From an uncultured Planctomycetales bacterium (lineage in GTDB: Bacteria > Omnitrophota > Gorgyraeia > Zapsychrales > JANLHA01): a DNA stretch of 64,000 bases. The stretch is taken from assembly GCA_964474085.1 (NCBI GenBank), contig CAYYRJ010000010.1, positions 12,606 through 76,605 of the forward strand, written 5' to 3'. Of the stretch, positions 1 through 9,124 are shown piece by piece; the first letter of the stretch is position 1, and each line of letters begins with the position of its first letter. The translations under genes and the position numbers were made by a program. The notes beneath the pieces are model-generated. The model had not been told where the DNA came from. It was given only the letters and a program-made list of their open reading frames with translations, and ran no database searches.

Positions 1-3
1 ACG

Positions 4-363
4 ATGTCTTACACCTACGCCGCCACGATCGACCGCGTTGTTGACGGCGACACGCTCTTGGTTCTCATTGAGGCCGGTTTTGGAATCATCGTGCGTGACA
101 AACTCCGTCTGCGCGGAATCGACACGCCGGAATTAGGGACGGCTGAGGGCGAGCGAGCCAAAAAATTTGTCGAGAAGCTTCTTCCTGTCGGTTCTACCAT
201 CGTCATCAAATCGCACAAATGCAAGACCGATCTGCACGGCCGCTTCGTCGCGGACGTGTTCTATCGGCAAGACGTTACGGATGCCGATGAAATTCTCAAA
301 GACGCCGTGTACCTTAACCAACAGCTTCTTGATGAAGGCTACGCCGTTCGAATGGCAGAATAG
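4..363 (+). CDS. Staphylococcal nuclease (SNase/thermonuclease)-like protein
   Basis: 119-aa ORF carrying VVDGDT and RLRGIDTPE motifs typical of the SNase fold. Its ATG is at pos 4, so the true 5' end could lie upstream of the window. Confidence 0.6.
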   Translation: MSYTYAATIDRVVDGDTLLVLIEAGFGIIVRDKLRLRGIDTPELGTAEGERAKKFVEKLLPVGSTIVIKSHKCKTDLHGRFVADVFYRQDVTDADEILKDAVYLNQQLLDEGYAVRMAE

Positions 364-370
364 CAATGAA

Positions 371-997
371 ATGATGAACATCGAAAAAGCCCAGATCCGG
401 CAGATCACTTCCCGCTTTGAGCTCAAAGCCGACATTGTTATCAAACCTGGTTCTTGGCAGGGGCAGACCTTGGCCTTGCGCGGACTTGATTTTCCCGGCT
501 TTCGCTCGAAGAAAGGCCGGGCGCTGCGCGAACATTTGCTCAAGGTCATTGGCAGTGTTCCATTTTTGGCTGTAAAGAAATTCGGCAAGGACGCTTTCGT
601 GCGCCACAGCGTCGAGGTTTTTTATTGTCCCGGCGAAAATGATCCGGCCAAAGTGGTTAGAAACGGCCGCTGTCTAAACCAAGAACTTCTGGATCTTAAG
701 CTCGCCAAACTTTATGATGAAAATAAACGTAAAATTGATTTTTCAAAAAGGAGTTTTAAAATGTACGACGAACAGATCGATCTGGTGACCGGCAATTTCA
801 AGGCTGAGGTGTGCATGTACATCAACGACTGCAAACAGTACCTACGTGCGGCCAGCGAAGGCAAACCGGTCAATATGGAAAAGGGAGAATTCGATCCCAC
901 GGATGAAGAATTTCTGATCATCTACGGCTTAAAGCAACTCAAAGACATGTGCATGCGGCAGGCCCGCCGGGCCAGATTGGATTGGCAGGGCAATTAA
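371..997 (+). CDS. hypothetical protein, N-terminal SNase-like region (ALRGLDFPG)
   Basis: Same frame as ORF-track entry 167..997, but the first in-frame ATGs (371/374) follow the stop of the upstream gene (tagcaatgaaATGATG); the longer ORF overlaps gene 1 in another frame. Contains an internal AAGGAG-ATG at 746-765. Weak similarity to the SNase motif of gene 1. Confidence 0.45.
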   Translation: MMNIEKAQIRQITSRFELKADIVIKPGSWQGQTLALRGLDFPGFRSKKGRALREHLLKVIGSVPFLAVKKFGKDAFVRHSVEVFYCPGENDPAKVVRNGRCLNQELLDLKLAKLYDENKRKIDFSKRSFKMYDEQIDLVTGNFKAEVCMYINDCKQYLRAASEGKPVNMEKGEFDPTDEEFLIIYGLKQLKDMCMRQARRARLDWQGN

Positions 998-1051
998 AAG
1001 ATAAGCAATGGCAGCGTAAGTAAGGGGGACGCTGATGTGTCCCTGGGAATA

Positions 1052-1084
1052 CCTATACAATTCCCTATACAATACCTATACGAT
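1052..1084. repeat. three direct 10-bp repeats cctataca(a/g)t spaced 11-12 bp apart (iteron-like)
   Basis: Read directly: units start at 1052, 1064 and 1075. Helical-turn periodicity in a 270-bp non-coding gap. Confidence 0.5.
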
Positions 1085-1088
1085 ATTC

Positions 1089-1247
1089 TAGGGACCGTTT
1101 CTTTTGGGCTCATTGCAGAGCTAAAGTTTATGGCTGAAGTGTCCCGGGTAGTTACGTTATTTAAAAATGAATTGATATTTGTAAATAGTGGGGGCACTTT
1201 AGTAGTAACTCAATGTCAGTGTTCGGGATATTGGAAAACGGTCCCTA
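1089..1247. repeat. 12-bp perfect inverted repeat tagggaccgttt / aaacggtcccta flanking ~135 bp
   Basis: Left arm at 1089-1100, right arm at 1236-1247, read directly. Lies between the SNase-like pair and the AT-rich esterase gene. Confidence 0.5.
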
Positions 1248-1266
1248 AAATTATTGGAGTGTTTGC

Positions 1267-2157
1267 TTGGTGATTTTTAAAAAATTTTTTATAAAATGGC
1301 TTTTCATTATTTCTCTGGGGATAAATTTAATTTTATGGATTCTCATTGGGCTGAGGTTAACTACGCTCGAGTGCATACGGGATGCATTTACGGGCCCAAA
1401 TGTTGAAGAAAAAAGAGTTATCTTGCATAAAGTCACCAGTGAGTTTCAAAACATTCCGACGGACATTCGAGTGCTCGTTCCAAAAAATATTCAAAAAGAG
1501 AAACAATATAAGGTTCTTTACATCCTGCCAACGGTTCCTCAGCGATGGGATTTTTGGTGGAATAACGGACTTCACGAGGCTGTGAAGTATGATTTGTGTA
1601 ATAAATATGATTTAATTTGTGTTTGTCTTTCGCTTGAGAAAATGCCTTGGTTTGGGGATCATCCGAGCAATCAAAAAGTCCGACAAGAAAGTTATATTGT
1701 TCGTTTTGTCGTTCCATTTATCGATGAGCATTACCCAACTTTACAAAAACCTCAAGGACGCTTGCTCTTAGGAATCAGTAAGGCGGGGTGTGGGGCGTTT
1801 ACGTTGCTGCTTAGATATCCTGAAATCTTTGGCAAGGCGGTGGCTTGGGATGCTCCTTTAATGTATAGAAACATTAAACAATTGCCCGAGTCGGGTCTGG
1901 CGGATGTTTTTGGGACGGAAGAAAATTTTAATCAATACTATTTTCCTGATTTATTAAAAAAACAAGCCAAGGCGTTAAGTGGTCAACCGGCCCGATTGAT
2001 TTTGATGGGTTATGGGGAAATCAAAGACCAAGTCGAGCAGGCACACTCGCTGATGGAATCTTTACATGTTCCGCATATTTATGATAACCGTATTGAGCGA
2101 GAGCATAAATGGCAGAGCGGGTGGATGCCTGACGCTGTTAAATATTTGATGCAGTAG
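1267..2157 (+). CDS. putative esterase (alpha/beta-hydrolase, esterase D / enterochelin-esterase-like family)
   Basis: 296-aa ORF with a GISKAGCGAF nucleophile-elbow-like motif and an N-terminal hydrophobic segment. Markedly AT-richer than its neighbours. Start uses GTG/ATG at 1267. Confidence 0.55.
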   Translation: MVIFKKFFIKWLFIISLGINLILWILIGLRLTTLECIRDAFTGPNVEEKRVILHKVTSEFQNIPTDIRVLVPKNIQKEKQYKVLYILPTVPQRWDFWWNNGLHEAVKYDLCNKYDLICVCLSLEKMPWFGDHPSNQKVRQESYIVRFVVPFIDEHYPTLQKPQGRLLLGISKAGCGAFTLLLRYPEIFGKAVAWDAPLMYRNIKQLPESGLADVFGTEENFNQYYFPDLLKKQAKALSGQPARLILMGYGEIKDQVEQAHSLMESLHVPHIYDNRIEREHKWQSGWMPDAVKYLMQ

Positions 2158-2364
2158 ATGTTATTAAATGGGTTTTATAACTTTAGGTAATGGGACGCAA
2201 GCCTATAAATTATTCAAAAAGTTTTTATTCTAGACAAATTGCCTCCATAAAATAATTAGGCAGCCTTTCTATTTCGGATTTATGATGAACTAACTTTAAT
2301 TTAACGATTTTTGGGGTGTTGCTGTTTTAACTGGCTTTAGTATAAATTAATAAAGGAGAAAAAA

Positions 2365-3453
2365 TTGAGTATACACGCACACGGCTATGCCAATCATTCT
2401 GCAGCAGACAAACTCGCCCCATTCATGTTTGAACGCCGTGATCCACGAGGGCAAGATGTGGTTATCGAGATCAAATTTTGCGGGGTCTGTCATTCTGATA
2501 TTCACTCTGCCCGCAATGAATGGGGATGGACAACCTATCCGTTTGTTCCGGGCCACGAAATTATCGGGCACGTGAAAGCTGTTGGAAATAAGGTGTCCAA
2601 ATTTAAGGTGGGTGATTTAGTCGGTGTCGGCTGTCTGGTTGACAGCTGCCGACATTGTGAATCATGCGAGGATGGGCTGGAGCAATATTGTGAAAACGGA
2701 TTTACAGGCACTTATGGCAACGAAGATAAAATCGGCGGCACCAAACATCCCAAAACTTTCGGCGGCTACTCTGACATCATTACCGTCGACGAGCGCTTTG
2801 TCTTGAGTGTTCCAAAGAATCTCGATCCAGCTGCGGCCGCGCCTTTATTATGTGCCGGGATTACGACCTATTCGCCTTTGAACCATTGGAAAGTAGGCGT
2901 AGGGCAAAAGGTTGGCATTATCGGCTTAGGCGGGCTTGGACATATGGGGGTCAAATTTGCCCATGCGATGGGGGCACGTGTAGTGATCATCACCACTTCC
3001 CCTGAAAAAGCAGCTGATGCAAAAAAACTTGGTGCGGATGAAGTTTTGATTTCCAAAGACAGCAAAGCCATGGAGGATGCGCAAAACAGTTTTGATTTTT
3101 TGCTTAATACCATTCCCGTCGGGCATGATGTGGATCCATATATGCTGTTATTAAAACGTGATGCCGTTATGGTAGTTGTAGGATCTGTGGAGCCTTTAAA
3201 AAAAGCTAACGGCATTAATTTTATTTTTAAACGACGCTCCATGGCAGGGTCATTGATCGGCGGTATTCCCGAAACACAACAGATGCTGGATTTTTGTGGT
3301 AAGCATAACATTACATGCGATATTGAAAAAATCACCATCCAAGATATTAACGCGGCCTATGATCGCACGGTCAAGGGGGATGTGAAATATCGTTTTGTTA
3401 TCGACATGGCGTCCCTCTCCAAGGACGGAGATAAAAATAAAAATGTAAAATAA
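2365..3453 (+). CDS. NAD(P)-dependent Zn alcohol dehydrogenase (cinnamyl-alcohol dehydrogenase / YahK-like)
   Basis: 362 aa with GVCHSDIH and GHEIIG zinc-ligand motifs and a GLGGLGHMGVKFA Rossmann motif. TTG start 7 nt after an AAAGGAG RBS. Confidence 0.85.
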   Translation: MSIHAHGYANHSAADKLAPFMFERRDPRGQDVVIEIKFCGVCHSDIHSARNEWGWTTYPFVPGHEIIGHVKAVGNKVSKFKVGDLVGVGCLVDSCRHCESCEDGLEQYCENGFTGTYGNEDKIGGTKHPKTFGGYSDIITVDERFVLSVPKNLDPAAAAPLLCAGITTYSPLNHWKVGVGQKVGIIGLGGLGHMGVKFAHAMGARVVIITTSPEKAADAKKLGADEVLISKDSKAMEDAQNSFDFLLNTIPVGHDVDPYMLLLKRDAVMVVVGSVEPLKKANGINFIFKRRSMAGSLIGGIPETQQMLDFCGKHNITCDIEKITIQDINAAYDRTVKGDVKYRFVIDMASLSKDGDKNKNVK

Positions 3454-3456
3454 CAT

Positions 3457-4003
3457 TGGAATTATTGTCGTTATCGGGGCGGGATCAATTGGTCAGGCTA
3501 TTGCTCGTCGGGTAAGCGTTGGCAAGCATCACGTGCTTGCAGATTTGCGTCAAGAAAATGCCGATGCAGCGGCAAAAATTTTAAAGGATGCCTGTTTTAG
3601 CGTTAGCACGCAAAAGTGGATGTTTCCGCGCGCGCGTCTGTTCAAGCTTTGGTTAAAACAGCGACCTCTTTTGGAGAAATTTACGGCGTCATCCATGCGG
3701 CTGGCGTTTCTCCGAGTTAAGGATCGCCAGAGACGATTTTGAAGATTGATCTTTACGGAACAGCACTTCTGCTCGAGGAGTTTGGCAATGTTATCGCAAT
3801 CGGGGGTTCGTGTGTCGTTATTTCTTTATCGGCGCATGATCGAGTTATACCCGGCACGACGAGCTGGAACTCCCGACGAGGTTGGCGTGGTTGGTACGCT
3901 TCTTATGGGGCGTGACGGCACATTTATAACAGGCAGTGATTTTTTGATGGACGGGGGTGTGACAGCGTCTTATTGGTACGGAGAACTTGCTTCTAAGCCA
4001 TAG
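3457..4003 (+). pseudogene. short-chain dehydrogenase/reductase (SDR) remnant with at least 3 frameshifts and an internal deletion
   Basis: The SDR sequence is spread over three or more frames: IGIIVVIGAGSIGQAIARR in frame 1, VDVSARASVQALVKTATSFGEIYGVIHAAGVSPS in frame 3, PETILKIDLYGTALLLEEFGNVIAIGGSCVVISLS in a further frame, and the SDR tail RAGTPDEVG...FITGSDFLMDGGVT in ORF 3746-4003. The YxxxK segment is missing and there is no start codon. Confidence 0.65.
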
Positions 4004-4228
4004 AAAGGATATGGAATATCGAAATGAAAAGAAACGGTACACAAGTATCTTCGAAAGCTCTGCCGAATATTTCATAGGAGCAGAGGTATGGGTGCCAGTT
4101 CGTTTCGGAGACACCGTGTATCTTATGTCCCTGGTTTGTCAGGCATCAAATCCGGCATTGACAAAGATTGCTCAATCAGTATACTGCAAGTAAGTAAATG
4201 CTTACGTACAGTTGTTTTTAAGGAGACA

Positions 4229-4813
4229 ATGGTGATAAAAAAATCAACGCCGCGCCAGCAGGAAATTGTCGAAGCTGCGCGGGCGATTATTTTTAGCGAA
4301 GGGATTGAAAGTTTGACGGTCCGAAAGATTGCCGATGAGCTTAAAATTACGGACGGCGCTTTATACCGCCATTTTAAAAGCAAAGACGAAATATTAAGTT
4401 TGCTGATCGATGACATTGAGATGACCTTATTGTTTACAATTACCGAAGCCTCTCAAAAGGCAGAGGATTTCTTAAAGAAATTGGAAAACATTTTCTCGGC
4501 ACATCTTCATTATGCAGAAAAACGCAAAGGAGTTACTTTTATTATAATCGCCGGTTTAAAAGACAAAAAATTACAAAAGAAAATGTCCGCAGTTATCAGT
4601 AAATATTTAAAAGTGATCGAGAGTATTTTGAAACAAGGATCCAAAGAAGGTCGATGTCGGGTGGATATAAATTTTGAATCAGCAAGTATTGCGTTTTTGG
4701 GGATAATTCAGGGATTGGTAACGATTTGGAGACTTGGAGGGTACCACGATGCAATTCGCAAAGACCAAATTAACTCTATGTTTGATCTCTATAAGAGGGG
4801 CATTATGAAATAA
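4229..4813 (+). CDS. TetR/AcrR family transcriptional regulator
   Basis: N-terminal HTH LTVRKIADELKITDGALYRHFKSKDEIL. AGGAG RBS at 4221-4225 places the start at 4229, not at the ORF-track 4088. Confidence 0.8.
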   Translation: MVIKKSTPRQQEIVEAARAIIFSEGIESLTVRKIADELKITDGALYRHFKSKDEILSLLIDDIEMTLLFTITEASQKAEDFLKKLENIFSAHLHYAEKRKGVTFIIIAGLKDKKLQKKMSAVISKYLKVIESILKQGSKEGRCRVDINFESASIAFLGIIQGLVTIWRLGGYHDAIRKDQINSMFDLYKRGIMK

Positions 4814-4887
4814 AAAATTATTCAAAAAATTATTAAGGGGTTCAGGTAAATTGTAATCCTGAAGAGGTTTTTTTGAGATGGTCGGGC

Positions 4888-4928
4888 CGCCATCTGATTT
4901 TAGTGATCAGATGGCGTTTATTTTTTTA
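4888..4928 (+). terminator. rho-independent terminator
   Basis: 11-bp perfect stem cgccatctgat / atcagatggcg with a 7-nt loop, followed by tttattttttt. Confidence 0.6.
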
Positions 4929-4944
4929 CGATAGGAGCAGACCA

Positions 4945-7206
4945 ATGAAAGTAACGTTAAGACTTATTCTTTCTTTAATCTCGATTGTGGCCGTTGTGGC
5001 TTTTTCATTTTCATTTTGGCAGGCCCGACAAGAAGAAGATAGGCTCAAGACGGAATTAGAAAAAAGAGCGAGTTTTGTCGCGGATAGTTTGCGGATTTCT
5101 GTCGAGCCGATGCTGGCAACCGACGGGAACAGTCAATATTTACAGCGGCTCGTGGACCGATTTTCTAATCGTGAAAAACTTGTGGGGATTGATATTCACG
5201 ATGTCAGAGAGAACTTGATCGTTAATTCAAAAGGGATCAAGCCCCAGCTGGAAGCAGACCCCCGAGTTTTATCGCAGGCGATTGAGGAAGTTGAGCGGAC
5301 AGGCAATGAGCACGGCAGCTCTGTTACTTTAGAGGGCACAAATTTATATGCTTATACTGTTCCGATCGTGACTGGAGAAAAGACATCACATGTTTTGACG
5401 CTCTTTTATGATGTGGATTATATCCGCGATCGTGTTAAGAGGCTTTTGATCAATAATTTCTGGAGAGCATTGACTCAGGCTCTTTTGATCGCTTTGACGA
5501 CGTTTATTATTATTTTTTATAACGTCATGGCTCCGATCAGAAAAACGACAATGTGGATCAAAAAGATCCGTAAAGGCGAGCCATCGCGTCCTCTGGATGC
5601 CAGAGAACAGCTTTTATTGGGCCCTTTGGCCTTGGAAATCACTCGAATGGCCAAGAGTTTGGACGTGGCCAGAGCCGCAGCAGATGAGGAAGCTCGTTTA
5701 CGATATTCATCGGAATCCCGCTGGACGCCGCAGCGTTTGAAAGAATTTATCCGTTTAAAATTGGAAGACCGGCCGCTTTTTGTGGTTTCAAATCGTGAAC
5801 CATATATGCATATCAAAAATGGCAAAGACATCGAATGTATTGTTCCAGCCAGCGGTTTAGTTACCGCCCTTGAACCGGTGCTCAATGCGTGCGGCGGGAC
5901 ATGGATCGCACAAGGAAGCGGCAATGCTGATCGTGAAACGGTCGATAAAAATGACAGGATCATGGTCCCTCCGGAAGAACCCAAATACACTTTACGTCGT
6001 GTCTGGGTTGAGAAGGATTTGGAAGAAGGTTTTTATTCCGGATTTTCTAATGAGGGATTGTGGCCTTTGTGCCATATCGCGCATACACGGCCGATCTTCA
6101 GGGCCAAGGATTGGGAGGATTATAAAACGGTAAATCAAAAATTTGCCCATGCTGTTTCCCAAGAGCTCGAAGGTGTTTCAAATCCTTTTGTTCTGATTCA
6201 GGACTATCATTTTGCATTACTCCCGCGTTTGATCAAGCAGTTAAAACCTGATGCAAAGATTGCAATATTTTGGCACATCCCGTGGCCCAATCCCGAATCT
6301 TTTGGGATTTGTCCGTGGAGAAAAGAGCTATTAGACGGAATGTTAGGTGCAGATATCATAGGTTTTCACACGCAATTTCATTGCAATAATTTTATTGAAT
6401 CCGTTGACCGATTTTTGGAGTCGCGGATTGATTATGAACATTTTTCTATATATCGTGAAGGCCATACCAGCCTGGTCAAACCTTTTCCGATCAGTATCAA
6501 TTTTGATTCTGCGAATGGAGATTCAGCGAAGGAAGCGGTGAACAAAGCAGAGCTTTTGAAAAAGTACGGAATTCAAGCTCAATATCTGGGGGTTGGAGTT
6601 GACCGTTTGGATTACACGAAAGGTATTTTGGAAAGGTTCCGGGCCATCGAGAATCTTCTTGACAATCATTCGTCTTTCCGGGGGAAATTTACTTTCGTTG
6701 AACTGGGAGCGCCCAGCCGGACCATGATCCCGAAGTATAAAGAGTTCATCGATGAAATTACCAAAGAGGTCGAGCGGATCAACGCGAAGTTTAAGAAAAA
6801 CAACTGGCAACCGATTCTTTTTTTGATGAAACATCATAGCCATAAAGAGATCCTCCCCTTTTATCAGGCCGCGGATGTTTGCCTGGTGACCTCTTTGCAT
6901 GACGGGATGAACTTGGTCGCCAAGGAATTCATTTCGTCGCGGGCTGATGAACGTGGGGTTTTGGTTTTAAGCCAATTTACGGGGGCGGCAAGAGAGTTGC
7001 AGGACGCTTTGATCATTAATCCCTATGATGTCGTCGAAACCGCGCGCGCAATCAAGTCGGCTTTGGATATGAAGCCGGAAGAACAAAAAGATCGTATGAA
7101 ACGGATGCGCGAAACGGTCCAAAGCAATAACATTTACCGCTGGGCTGGAGAATTAGTCGAGCAATTGACCCATCTGAGGACTGAAAGCGCTGAGAGGGGA
7201 GTTTAA
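4945..7206 (+). CDS. otsA: membrane-anchored sensor-HAMP-trehalose-6-phosphate synthase fusion (GT20 OtsA catalytic domain)
   Basis: C-terminal ~470 aa is a clear GT20 domain (LWPLCHI..., [16 protein letters not shown]). The N-terminus has TM1 (res 5-28), a ~150-aa extracytoplasmic region, TM2 and an amphipathic HAMP-like linker. AGGAG RBS at 4933 precedes the ATG at 4945. Confidence 0.8.
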   Translation: MKVTLRLILSLISIVAVVAFSFSFWQARQEEDRLKTELEKRASFVADSLRISVEPMLATDGNSQYLQRLVDRFSNREKLVGIDIHDVRENLIVNSKGIKPQLEADPRVLSQAIEEVERTGNEHGSSVTLEGTNLYAYTVPIVTGEKTSHVLTLFYDVDYIRDRVKRLLINNFWRALTQALLIALTTFIIIFYNVMAPIRKTTMWIKKIRKGEPSRPLDAREQLLLGPLALEITRMAKSLDVARAAADEEARLRYSSESRWTPQRLKEFIRLKLEDRPLFVVSNREPYMHIKNGKDIECIVPASGLVTALEPVLNACGGTWIAQGSGNADRETVDKNDRIMVPPEEPKYTLRRVWVEKDLEEGFYSGFSNEGLWPLCHIAHTRPIFRAKDWEDYKTVNQKFAHAVSQELEGVSNPFVLIQDYHFALLPRLIKQLKPDAKIAIFWHIPWPNPESFGICPWRKELLDGMLGADIIGFHTQFHCNNFIESVDRFLESRIDYEHFSIYREGHTSLVKPFPISINFDSANGDSAKEAVNKAELLKKYGIQAQYLGVGVDRLDYTKGILERFRAIENLLDNHSSFRGKFTFVELGAPSRTMIPKYKEFIDEITKEVERINAKFKKNNWQPILFLMKHHSHKEILPFYQAADVCLVTSLHDGMNLVAKEFISSRADERGVLVLSQFTGAARELQDALIINPYDVVETARAIKSALDMKPEEQKDRMKRMRETVQSNNIYRWAGELVEQLTHLRTESAERGV

Positions 7207-7210
7207 TAAA

Positions 7211-8308
7211 ATGTCGAATTACCTTGATTCATTCTTAAGCTTCACTATTTTTCAAAATAAGGTGCAGGATTACATTGTTTCAATATTGATATTTTTAATA
7301 TCAATTATTGGCTTATCAATCGTTAAAAGGTTTGTCATAAAACATTTGAAAGTGCGGGCAGAAAAAACAGTTTCTGACTTTGATGATTTGATCGTCAGGT
7401 TGATTTCACAAATTGGCTGGCCTGTGTTCGTGGTCCTTTCCGTGTATATGGCGGGCACTTCGTTAATTCTCTTGGAATCCATCAGGCCTTTCATCAAATA
7501 TGCGCTTGTTTTTGTTGTGACAATCCGGACGATATTACTTCTGCAGGAAATTATTCAATACGCGGTGAATAAAACTTTGATTCAGCGGATCGGCGGAGAA
7601 AATCAATCATCAAAAGCGATGATCAATAGTGTGGTATGGATTGTCAAGTGGGGGATGTGGTTATTGGGAGGGATTTTTATCCTCGATAATTTAGGGGTTA
7701 ATATTACGTCTTTAGTCGCGGGTATCGGGATAGGAGGGATCGCAGTTGCTATGGCGTCACAGGCGATACTAGGGGATGCGTTTAGTGCTTTGTCGATTTA
7801 TCTGGATAAGCCTTTTGAGATCGGAGATTTTATTATCGTCGATGATTGTATGGGGACGGTTGAGTACATTGGGGTCAAAACAACACGCTTACGCAGTCTC
7901 TCCGGGGAACAATTAGTTTTCTCAAATTCAGACCTAACGAAGAGCCGTGTCAAGAATTATAAGCGCATGGAAACGCGTCGCATCGCTTTTAAGGTCGGGA
8001 TTATTTACCAGACACCATTAGAAAAAGTTGAAAGAATCCCGCAAATCATCCGTGATATTTTAGAAAATGCCGGAGTAAGAACTGACCGTGTCCACTTCCA
8101 GAGTTTTGGCGATTCATCTTTGATCTATGAAGCTGTCTATTACGTTTTAAGCGCAGATTATAATGTCTATATGGATAAACAGCAGGACATCAATTTTGCG
8201 ATCATGCGGCAATTCGAGAAAGAAGGGATCGAGTTTGCCTACCCGACTCAAACGCTTTATCTAAAAAGTACCTCTTTAGTGAAGGAAGAAAATGTCCGGT
8301 ATTCATAA
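7211..8308 (+). CDS. MscS-family small-conductance mechanosensitive channel
   Basis: Three N-terminal TM helices plus a conserved MscS core (ITSLVAGIGIGGIAVAMASQAILGDAFSALSIYLDKPFEIGDFI). RBS gagggga. Start lies 5 nt after the otsA stop. Confidence 0.85.
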   Translation: MSNYLDSFLSFTIFQNKVQDYIVSILIFLISIIGLSIVKRFVIKHLKVRAEKTVSDFDDLIVRLISQIGWPVFVVLSVYMAGTSLILLESIRPFIKYALVFVVTIRTILLLQEIIQYAVNKTLIQRIGGENQSSKAMINSVVWIVKWGMWLLGGIFILDNLGVNITSLVAGIGIGGIAVAMASQAILGDAFSALSIYLDKPFEIGDFIIVDDCMGTVEYIGVKTTRLRSLSGEQLVFSNSDLTKSRVKNYKRMETRRIAFKVGIIYQTPLEKVERIPQIIRDILENAGVRTDRVHFQSFGDSSLIYEAVYYVLSADYNVYMDKQQDINFAIMRQFEKEGIEFAYPTQTLYLKSTSLVKEENVRYS

Positions 8309-9113
8309 AAGAAAAGTAAATTTCTTCAAGAACGAAGCTGCGTATAAAACCATTTTTCGGCAGAAAGGTATCATGCTTTTTCTTGATTTCGACGGGACAC
8401 TTGCCGATATTGTCGATCATTATAAAAACGCGACTATTCTAAAAGAGAGCAAAGTTTTATTAAGAAAGATCACTAAGATAAGGGATTGTTCGATCGCGAT
8501 CGTCAGCGGCCGGGCTTTGGATGATGTAAAAAAACGGGTTGGTCTGAAAAATATTACCTATGCGGGAAACCATGGACTCCAGATTGAAGGTCCCGGAGTT
8601 AAATCAACAATTTTTGTAAAAATGGGCGATAGAATACGTTTGAAGCTTATCAAGTATGACCTCATGACTCATATCGGGCAGATCAAAGGTATTGTATTAG
8701 AAGATAAAGGCCTTTCAATCACTGCCCATTATCGGCTGGTTAACGGGAGGGATCTGCGTGTATTTAAGAGAAAGTTTTTAGAGTGCCTTGAGCCTTATTT
8801 GCAAAAGAATGAAGTCAGTTTAAACGAAGGAAAGAAAGTTTTTGAGATCAATCCGAAGGTCAGGTGGGATAAAGGAAAAGCGATTTTATGGCTGATCGAC
8901 AATTTTCGAGAAAAAGGTTTTGGCAAAAAAGCATTCCCGATTTTTATCGGTGATGATGTGACCGATGAAACGGCATTCAAAGCGTTAAAAAGAAAAGGCC
9001 TTTGTATCCGTGTGGGAGAAAGTAAATCGTCAGCGGCCCCTTATTTTTTAAAAGATATTAAAGAAGTAGCGTGTTTTTTAAAGACAATCTTAGATTCCAA
9101 AATAAAGTCGTAA
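8292..9113 (+). CDS. otsB: trehalose-6-phosphate phosphatase (HAD family)
   Basis: HAD motif I LFLDFDGTLADI and FIGDDVTDE. Overlaps the MscS gene by 17 nt. RBS gaaggaag. Confidence 0.85.
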   Translation: MSGIHKRKVNFFKNEAAYKTIFRQKGIMLFLDFDGTLADIVDHYKNATILKESKVLLRKITKIRDCSIAIVSGRALDDVKKRVGLKNITYAGNHGLQIEGPGVKSTIFVKMGDRIRLKLIKYDLMTHIGQIKGIVLEDKGLSITAHYRLVNGRDLRVFKRKFLECLEPYLQKNEVSLNEGKKVFEINPKVRWDKGKAILWLIDNFREKGFGKKAFPIFIGDDVTDETAFKALKRKGLCIRVGESKSSAAPYFLKDIKEVACFLKTILDSKIKS

Positions 9114-9124
9114 GGAGAATCAAT

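Noticed and set aside
167-370. 5' extension of ORF 167-997
   Set aside because: It overlaps gene 1 in another frame. The first in-frame ATGs (371/374) sit right after gene 1's stop, so the shorter gene is preferred.
133-607. Reverse-strand ORFs 133-588 and 314-607 overlapping the two SNase-like genes
   Set aside because: Low-complexity, Arg/Ser-rich translations with no motifs, fully inside better-supported + strand genes. These are antisense shadow ORFs.
1052-1084. CRISPR array
   Set aside because: Only three 10-bp repeats with ~2-bp spacers and no cas genes. No CRISPR-like repeat-spacer structure anywhere in the window.
2316-2348. Possible promoter TTGCTG-16-TATAAA upstream of the ADH gene
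   Set aside because: The -10 element is only ~5 nt from the RBS and the -35 is poor; too uncertain to list as a feature.
4088-4228. Upstream extension of the TetR ORF
   Set aside because: AGGAG RBS plus ATG at 4229 gives a canonical ~190-aa TetR; the extension has no HTH content.
4873-4944. Upstream extension of the OtsA fusion ORF
   Set aside because: The extension overlaps the intrinsic terminator at 4888-4928; AGGAG precedes the ATG at 4945.
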